Source: an uncultured virus (IMG/VR IMGVR_UViG_3300030376_004017) (lineage: Duplodnaviria; Heunggongvirae; Uroviricota; Caudoviricetes). Taken from it: DNA of 20,000 nt. The stretch lies in the IMG/VR virus record IMGVR_UViG_3300030376_004017; one strand, 5' to 3'. The notes under the pieces are model-generated. The model saw nothing but the letters and a program-made list of their open reading frames with translations. It made no database searches and was not told where the DNA came from. The position numbers and the translations under genes were made by a program. Below are positions 15,342 to 20,000 of the stretch, in pieces (the stretch's first letter is position 1; each line of letters starts with the position of its first letter).

Positions 15342-16862
15342 TCATCGTACAATCTGCCTCCCTTCGGTGAACACTTCGACCAAGTGCTTAGACAGCTGGG
15401 GAATCATTGTCTTAGGGTTCACGTTATCGATCCCTCCGTTAATTCCTACGCTTTGCGAAAATGATTTTTCAATACCCGCTTTAAAATCAGTTTCATCGCG
15501 ATAATGGTAAACAGTATCGCCAACCCCCACACAATTCCACCAATCGTGATTTGGTTGTTTAGGGTTACTTGATAATACGTTTCGCATTAAGCCGATAGCG
15601 TATACTTCAAAGCCTTGACGTTTGAGTTTATCCCATTCGTTCCCTTTGTCCCAAAAATCATCTCTTGAGGACATATCCCCGTCTGTTAACAGGATGGCAA
15701 TTTTTCGCTTCTCCCGCCTGTCCTTCATAAGGCGTAATCCCTTACCCAAAGCGCGAGGCACATCTGTACCGTCATCTGGGGCTAGGTCATTTAAGTGTGC
15801 GTTTTGCCACTTGCCACGCCATCCTTTAATTACTTTTATTTTTTCGCTGTATGCAATCAGTTGGTGCGGGATCTTCAGCTGATCCATTGATTTTGAAAGT
15901 ACAGCGGCGGCGGCGGCTGCGTAATTCATTAAGCAATGACCTCCGTGGCAATCGTGCATTGACCAGCTTTCATCGATGTAGATTTGAACGCAAGCGTCTA
16001 GTTTTTTACCTTTTCGGGTTCTTTGGTAAACGGTGTTTACGTCTGTCATTTGTGCGATGTCGTGCAATCGCGTAATGTCCAGCTGTCCACTGTCGCGGTG
16101 TCGGGTGATTCTATTACGAGCATCAGCCAATAAAGCTTTCCTTACTTTGCCAATCAGCTGGTTAGATTTCGGAAGCTCACGGTCAATTACATCCTTATTG
16201 TAATTGTCGATAAACGCTAAAGGTTTATTGTTGTGGCGTTTATTTATCCTAGCAAGCTCTCGGTCAAGTTCCTCCTCTTTTTCGCGGTCAATCTTTTCAT
16301 CGCTCCAATCAGATTGGATGCGTTCGTTTTCTTTTCCCGTTCGGTCGCCTTTCTTGCCTTCCGAGTTTGCTTCAGTATGCTCGAATTTTCCGTCATCACC
16401 TTCGACGGGATCGCCGCCTTCGCCTTCAGCTTCACTCTCGTTTTCGCCTTCGTTTTCGGTTTCGACGGGATCGCCGCCTTCGCCGTCTCCTTCTTCAGCA
16501 TCAGACAAATCTACCCAAACGTGCCAAGTAGGTTCCGGCAGATTGCGCTGTTTGCGTTTATCTTCTAGAAAGCTGTCCGGTTTGCTTGGGAGTGCTGTTC
16601 GGATGTCTAGCCATAATTTGCGGGTTAAGTCTAATGCTACGGGGCAAGAAGCAGACCCGCCGATGGTGTTTTTTTCAAAAGCGGCCAAACTGTTGGCTCC
16701 CCAAACTCTTTGAATCCAGCGATCCAGCAAAACATTAAATCGCCGACTACTAGTGTTTACAAATCTTAAAGCTTCAACTGGAGTTCTTCCTAAAACTTCC
16801 ATACGGAAACGTATCGACCAAATCATTTGGCGTTTGGCTGCTTTTGTTAGTGCAAATTTCAT
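15342..16862 (-). CDS. VWA-domain protein (CobT-like partner of a MoxR AAA)
   Basis: Acidic linker, SGQLD..RL, MIDAS DESWS, GTD, LLTDG. Confidence 0.85.
   Translation of the reverse strand: MKFALTKAAKRQMIWSIRFRMEVLGRTPVEALRFVNTSSRRFNVLLDRWIQRVWGANSLAAFEKNTIGGSASCPVALDLTRKLWLDIRTALPSKPDSFLEDKRKQRNLPEPTWHVWVDLSDAEEGDGEGGDPVETENEGENESEAEGEGGDPVEGDDGKFEHTEANSEGKKGDRTGKENERIQSDWSDEKIDREKEEELDRELARINKRHNNKPLAFIDNYNKDVIDRELPKSNQLIGKVRKALLADARNRITRHRDSGQLDITRLHDIAQMTDVNTVYQRTRKGKKLDACVQIYIDESWSMHDCHGGHCLMNYAAAAAAVLSKSMDQLKIPHQLIAYSEKIKVIKGWRGKWQNAHLNDLAPDDGTDVPRALGKGLRLMKDRREKRKIAILLTDGDMSSRDDFWDKGNEWDKLKRQGFEVYAIGLMRNVLSSNPKQPNHDWWNCVGVGDTVYHYRDETDFKAGIEKSFSQSVGINGGIDNVNPKTMIPQLSKHLVEVFTEGRQIVR
16401..16484. 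repeat. 24-nt exact duplication in the VWA acidic linker
   Basis: TTCGACGGGATCGCCGCCTTCGCC at 16401-16424 and 16461-16484 (GEGGDPVE twice). Confidence 0.85.
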
Positions 16863-16894
16863 AGTATTATTTTCCTTTCTTTTGGTTTTTGTTT

Positions 16895-18325
16895 TTAGAT
16901 TGAAAGAAGGCTTTTAACTTCTTTAGCTTCTGATGGTGTTAGTGCGTTAATTACAGTTACCTTCAAAGCTTCATCAATAGACATAGGGTCAAGTGCTTCA
17001 ATCTCCTGTCCGTATGAATCTTTAGCTTGTAAGGCTTTAGATATGTTAAGCATTGTTCTAGTGCTGGGCGGCATTGTGAGCGTTCCCGCTGTGTGTGCTT
17101 TGCGTAGGATTGAAAACTTATCAACTAAGTCTGAAGCTTGTTGGTCCGTTAATCCGTCAGCCTTCAAGATATTCAACTCTTCACGCTTGTTTAAATAATC
17201 GGCATAAACAAATCGGCAACGAGTTTTTAAAGCTCCACTTATCTGATGGCCAGAATACAAACCCGTTTCGTCAGTCAATCCGTTCATTGTGAAGATAACC
17301 AGAAAATCAGAGTGTGCGGTAATCCGTTCGCCTGTCTGCGGGATTGTTATCTTTGCGGGGTGTGCGTCTGTGTATGAGTTGACAGCTGATAGTAGCTCGC
17401 TTTGCAGCTGGTCGGCCTCGTCGAGGATTACAGCCAAACCTTCACGCGCGGCAATCGGCAAGAATTTCAGAATGGTTTTCATTACTGGGGCTCCGCTTTC
17501 GATCTCAATCGTTTTCTCAGCCACAAGCTCCGACATTGATATTCCATCACTACAGCTGATTTTTACCCAGCGACGGCCAAGCTTGTTTAAAGTTTGCTCC
17601 ACTGGGAAAGTTTTACCTGAACCACTCGGTCCACTAACAATTAGATGATTTTTGGACAAAATGCCCGTTTCAATCTGCTTAGTGGTGCGGTTCTCCCTAA
17701 AATATGGGGCAACTTTCAAGATGGGAGGCAAAACGCTTTTATCTCCGCTCGCAACCGCTCCACGAATAGAATCGCCAAGCTCGGTTTGCATCAGTGCGGA
17801 AACTGTTGCCTTCAACTCGTCATTGGCGAATTTGCCGACGGTGTTTGAAATTGCCTTTTCAATGGCATCAGGTGATTTAGTCAATTGATCTTCAAACAGT
17901 TTGCCGAAAGAATCTTTTTGAACTTCAAACGCTTCCTGTCTAACTCTGCCAACATCAAGCTGCGGGGTTTGCGGTTGAAAGATTTGTTTAAACGCTTCAA
18001 ACGCTTGCTGATCTGCTCCAGCTGGTGCGGGTGCGGGTGCTGGTGTTTTAACGGTGTTTGGAATTGCTCGCATTGCCGCGAGTTCCTGCGTTACCACTTC
18101 AGATTCTTTGAAATTATCGGCCTGAAACTCTCCAAGTTTCCCGATTGTCCTTAAATCGTCAGCTGTCAAACGCTTAAAGCCTTTGATTTTTTCGCCGTTA
18201 ATTAATTTTCTCATATCGGAAATATGATAGAATGTTTTAAGCTGCCCGAGTTCAAGTTGATTTCTCAACGCTGTTCGTGCTTCGCCTTGTGTTAAGCTGT
18301 CCCAATCTAATATGTTAGTTTTCAT
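16895..18325 (-). CDS. MoxR/CobS-like AAA+ ATPase
   Basis: Walker A GPSGSGKT, Walker B ILDEAD, AHSDFLVIFTMN, ALKTR, STR motif. Confidence 0.88.
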   Translation of the reverse strand: MKTNILDWDSLTQGEARTALRNQLELGQLKTFYHISDMRKLINGEKIKGFKRLTADDLRTIGKLGEFQADNFKESEVVTQELAAMRAIPNTVKTPAPAPAPAGADQQAFEAFKQIFQPQTPQLDVGRVRQEAFEVQKDSFGKLFEDQLTKSPDAIEKAISNTVGKFANDELKATVSALMQTELGDSIRGAVASGDKSVLPPILKVAPYFRENRTTKQIETGILSKNHLIVSGPSGSGKTFPVEQTLNKLGRRWVKISCSDGISMSELVAEKTIEIESGAPVMKTILKFLPIAAREGLAVILDEADQLQSELLSAVNSYTDAHPAKITIPQTGERITAHSDFLVIFTMNGLTDETGLYSGHQISGALKTRCRFVYADYLNKREELNILKADGLTDQQASDLVDKFSILRKAHTAGTLTMPPSTRTMLNISKALQAKDSYGQEIEALDPMSIDEALKVTVINALTPSEAKEVKSLLSI

Positions 18326-18349
18326 AGATACTTTTTATTTAATTATTAA

Positions 18350-18445
18350 ATGAGTCCAAAGAGACTCCATCAACCAATCCAAGCGGATTGGCTGAAAGTG
18401 TAGCTTTGTTATTTGTTACTCTAAAAACCAGCTGAAACGTTCAGC
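18350..18445 (-). promoter_or_regulatory. Repeated promoter-like motif plus structured leader, copy 2
   Basis: Same two elements as 15173-15265, upstream of the AAA gene. Confidence 0.7.
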
Positions 18446-18833
18446 TGGGTATCGGATCGTGTCCGTGGTCGGGGTGTCCAATTGCGCCGAATTGATAAAG
18501 AGCTTCCTCTTCTTCTCTTTCGGTCATTGCAATATCTTTTTTCAGATTATCAAAAAAGTTTAAGCCTTCTTGAATTGTGGCGGGTCTTTCCCCTAATCCG
18601 CCAAACTGCATTTGCTCGGTTTTGATTCGGAAACCTTCCCAAGTTGCTTTTGCAATGTTAATCGCTGTTGCGGCTTGGGATTTAGTCGCTTTTACGCTGA
18701 ATTCGTCAGCTGCAAACTCAATTGCTGAATCAAAGGCCTTTCTCCAACAACAAGAAAGCTCGTAATTATCAACGGCCCAATCTGCCATTAGCTTAATTTC
18801 CTCTTCTGTTAGGTGTCTTGTTTTCATTCTCAA
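18441..18833 (-). CDS. Hypothetical protein
   Basis: ORF track. Probable ATG start at MKTRHL. Confidence 0.6.
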   Translation of the reverse strand: MRMKTRHLTEEEIKLMADWAVDNYELSCCWRKAFDSAIEFAADEFSVKATKSQAATAINIAKATWEGFRIKTEQMQFGGLGERPATIQEGLNFFDNLKKDIAMTEREEEEALYQFGAIGHPDHGHDPIPS

Positions 18834-18975
18834 TCGGTGTTAGTGCGTTAATTACAGTTACAAGCCTTCTTTCATCCTTTATTTGCTGCCACAAAATGAA
18901 AACTCCCGCGCCTAAAAAGAAAATCAAAGCAGGAATTGCGAATACGATTAAAATGATAGTTTCAAAGGTTGTCAT
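18793..18975 (-). CDS. Small single-pass membrane protein
   Basis: IILIVFAIPALIFFLGAGVFILW hydrophobic stretch. GAAAGGA upstream. Confidence 0.6.
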   Translation of the reverse strand: MTTFETIILIVFAIPALIFFLGAGVFILWQQIKDERRLVTVINALTPIENENKTPNRRGN

Positions 18976-19332
18976 TTATTTGTTCCTTTCTTCTGTGTGG
19001 ATTCTTTCGTAGGTTTTAGCAATTGCTTCCTTTTTCGCTTCCTTCCTCTTTGCTTCTTCAAAGCCTAGAATAAAAGCGTTAATCCTGTCATAAGTTTCGC
19101 GCTTGGTTCCTCTAGATTGACCAAGTGGCAAGCGTTGCCCTCCTCCTTCATTGCAGATTCTCGCCAGCTGCCAACCTCCGTAGGCTCCATCCAAGACGTA
19201 CGTGCCGACGTTGGCGGTTAATCTTTGTCCAGCGGCGGCGGTTTCTGGGCGGCTGTATGGTTTCACGTTTTCGCCTGTGAGTTGGTTTAGTCTTACGACT
19301 AAGTCTCTGAGTTGTTTCATTGTGATTTGCAT
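18976..19332 (-). CDS. Hypothetical phage protein (LDGAYGGWQL...NEGGG...TKRE)
   Basis: ORF track. AAGAAAGGA RBS-like element upstream. Confidence 0.7.
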   Translation of the reverse strand: MQITMKQLRDLVVRLNQLTGENVKPYSRPETAAAGQRLTANVGTYVLDGAYGGWQLARICNEGGGQRLPLGQSRGTKRETYDRINAFILGFEEAKRKEAKKEAIAKTYERIHTEERNK

Positions 19333-19346
19333 TTTATTATCCTTTC

Positions 19347-19559
19347 TTAGTTTGTTGTTACTGCTTTATCTATAACCAATTCAAGGGCTTCAACTTCGTC
19401 TCTCAAGCCGTCAACGTGGCTTTCTGCGTATTCTTCGCCGTTTTGGTCAATTAGGTTGCTGTAGTTTTCATTAGCTCTGCGATAGTCTCGCCTTGCGTCT
19501 TGCAACTGCTCAAGCTTTGTAGTTATCCAATTGATTTTATGATCTAAGTTTTCTTTCAT
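19347..19559 (-). CDS. Hypothetical coiled-coil protein
   Basis: ORF track. First gene of the - strand block. Confidence 0.65.
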   Translation of the reverse strand: MKENLDHKINWITTKLEQLQDARRDYRRANENYSNLIDQNGEEYAESHVDGLRDEVEALELVIDKAVTTN

Positions 19560-19613
19560 AGTATTATTTATTTATTAATTAAGCGGGGCTTTTACTTTAT
19601 AGCTGCCGCTATA

Positions 19614-19663
19614 TATTACTCGAAAAATGCAATAAAATGTTCAGCTGTCCAGCTGTCCAGCTG
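19614..19663. promoter_or_regulatory. Promoter-like motif copy 3 plus tandem (CAGCTGTC)2CAGCTG in the divergent intergenic region
   Basis: TATTACTCGAAAAATGCAATAAAATGTTCAGC, then CAGCTG at 19642, 19650 and 19658. Confidence 0.65.
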
Positions 19664-19676
19664 CTAGGGTGTTGCA

Positions 19677-20000
19677 ATGTCTCAAATTGATTGGGAAAAG
19701 GGGCGGCGTTTATACCTTCAAGGGAAGTCTCCGCTGGAAATATCAAAGCAGCTGAAATGCAATAAAAGCAGCGTTTGCCGCAAGATTAAGTCACAAGATT
19801 GGGAACGTGCTGAAACGGTGCTTGCAAGTGTTGCAAGGGGTGTTGTCCCGTCGCAAGAATCGGGGGAATTGGTCAAAGTGGATAGAGAGAGGTCGGCTGA
19901 TAATGTTAAAGCAAGAATACAAGACGATGTTGCGGCGGTTCTGGATGCCCTTGAGGCGATTTGTCCAGCTGATCTGGGGTTGGGTCAACTAGCAACTAGG
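19677..20000 (+). CDS. HTH protein, probable terminase small subunit (3'-truncated)
   Basis: Not in the ORF track. ATG 19677 is open to the window end: MSQIDWEKGRRLYLQGKSPLEISKQLKCNKSSVCRKIKSQDWER...; the DW...Y..G....EI...L......V.......W pattern is typical of TerS N-termini. Confidence 0.65.
   Translation, partial: MSQIDWEKGRRLYLQGKSPLEISKQLKCNKSSVCRKIKSQDWERAETVLASVARGVVPSQESGELVKVDRERSADNVKARIQDDVAAVLDALEAICPADLGLGQLATR

Noticed and set aside
16204..16713. Ser-rich + strand ORF (169 aa) and overlapping ORFs
   Set aside because: Shadow frames of the acidic linker of the VWA gene.
15342..18325. Cobalamin-biosynthesis auxiliary genes (cobS/cobT)
   Set aside because: Only generic MoxR-AAA and VWA motifs are visible and no cobN is present, so a metabolic role is unsupported.
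19791..19992. ORF-track ORFs 19807..19992 (+) and 19791..19988 (-)
   Set aside because: Both overlap the longer HTH/TerS-like frame starting at 19677, which has a recognisable motif.

Overview
A gene-dense ~20 kb segment of a tailed dsDNA bacteriophage (or prophage), about 40% GC by eye. The + strand carries, in order: the 3' part of a very long tail-fibre gene (YadA-like xxNxAIG repeats and a C-terminal S74 intramolecular chaperone split by a ~360-aa E/V/T/P insert); two DUF2589-like genes, the second broken by an apparent deletion/frameshift; five small Lys-rich genes; and holin- and spanin-like genes with no adjacent endolysin. A structured intergenic region and a sigma70-type promoter then precede a replication module (RHH regulator, SSB-like protein, PD-(D/E)XK exonuclease, resolvase, HTH initiator with internal iterons, DnaB, two more PD-(D/E)XK nucleases). 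A convergent - strand block encodes an RlpA-like protein, a histone-fold-like protein, DUF3846 and a MoxR-type AAA/VWA pair, with three copies of a promoter-like motif. A divergent terminase-small-subunit-like ORF runs off the right edge. Most notable: (1) a non-coding cassette of four tail-fibre-repeat-like 33-nt units directly behind a PD-(D/E)XK endonuclease; (2) strong CAGCTG enrichment everywhere except the tail-fibre gene; (3) matched 12-aa and 13-aa repeat arms inside the S74 chaperone; (4) a candidate phage histone; (5) candidate structured RNAs. Family assignments come from recalled motifs, not database searches.
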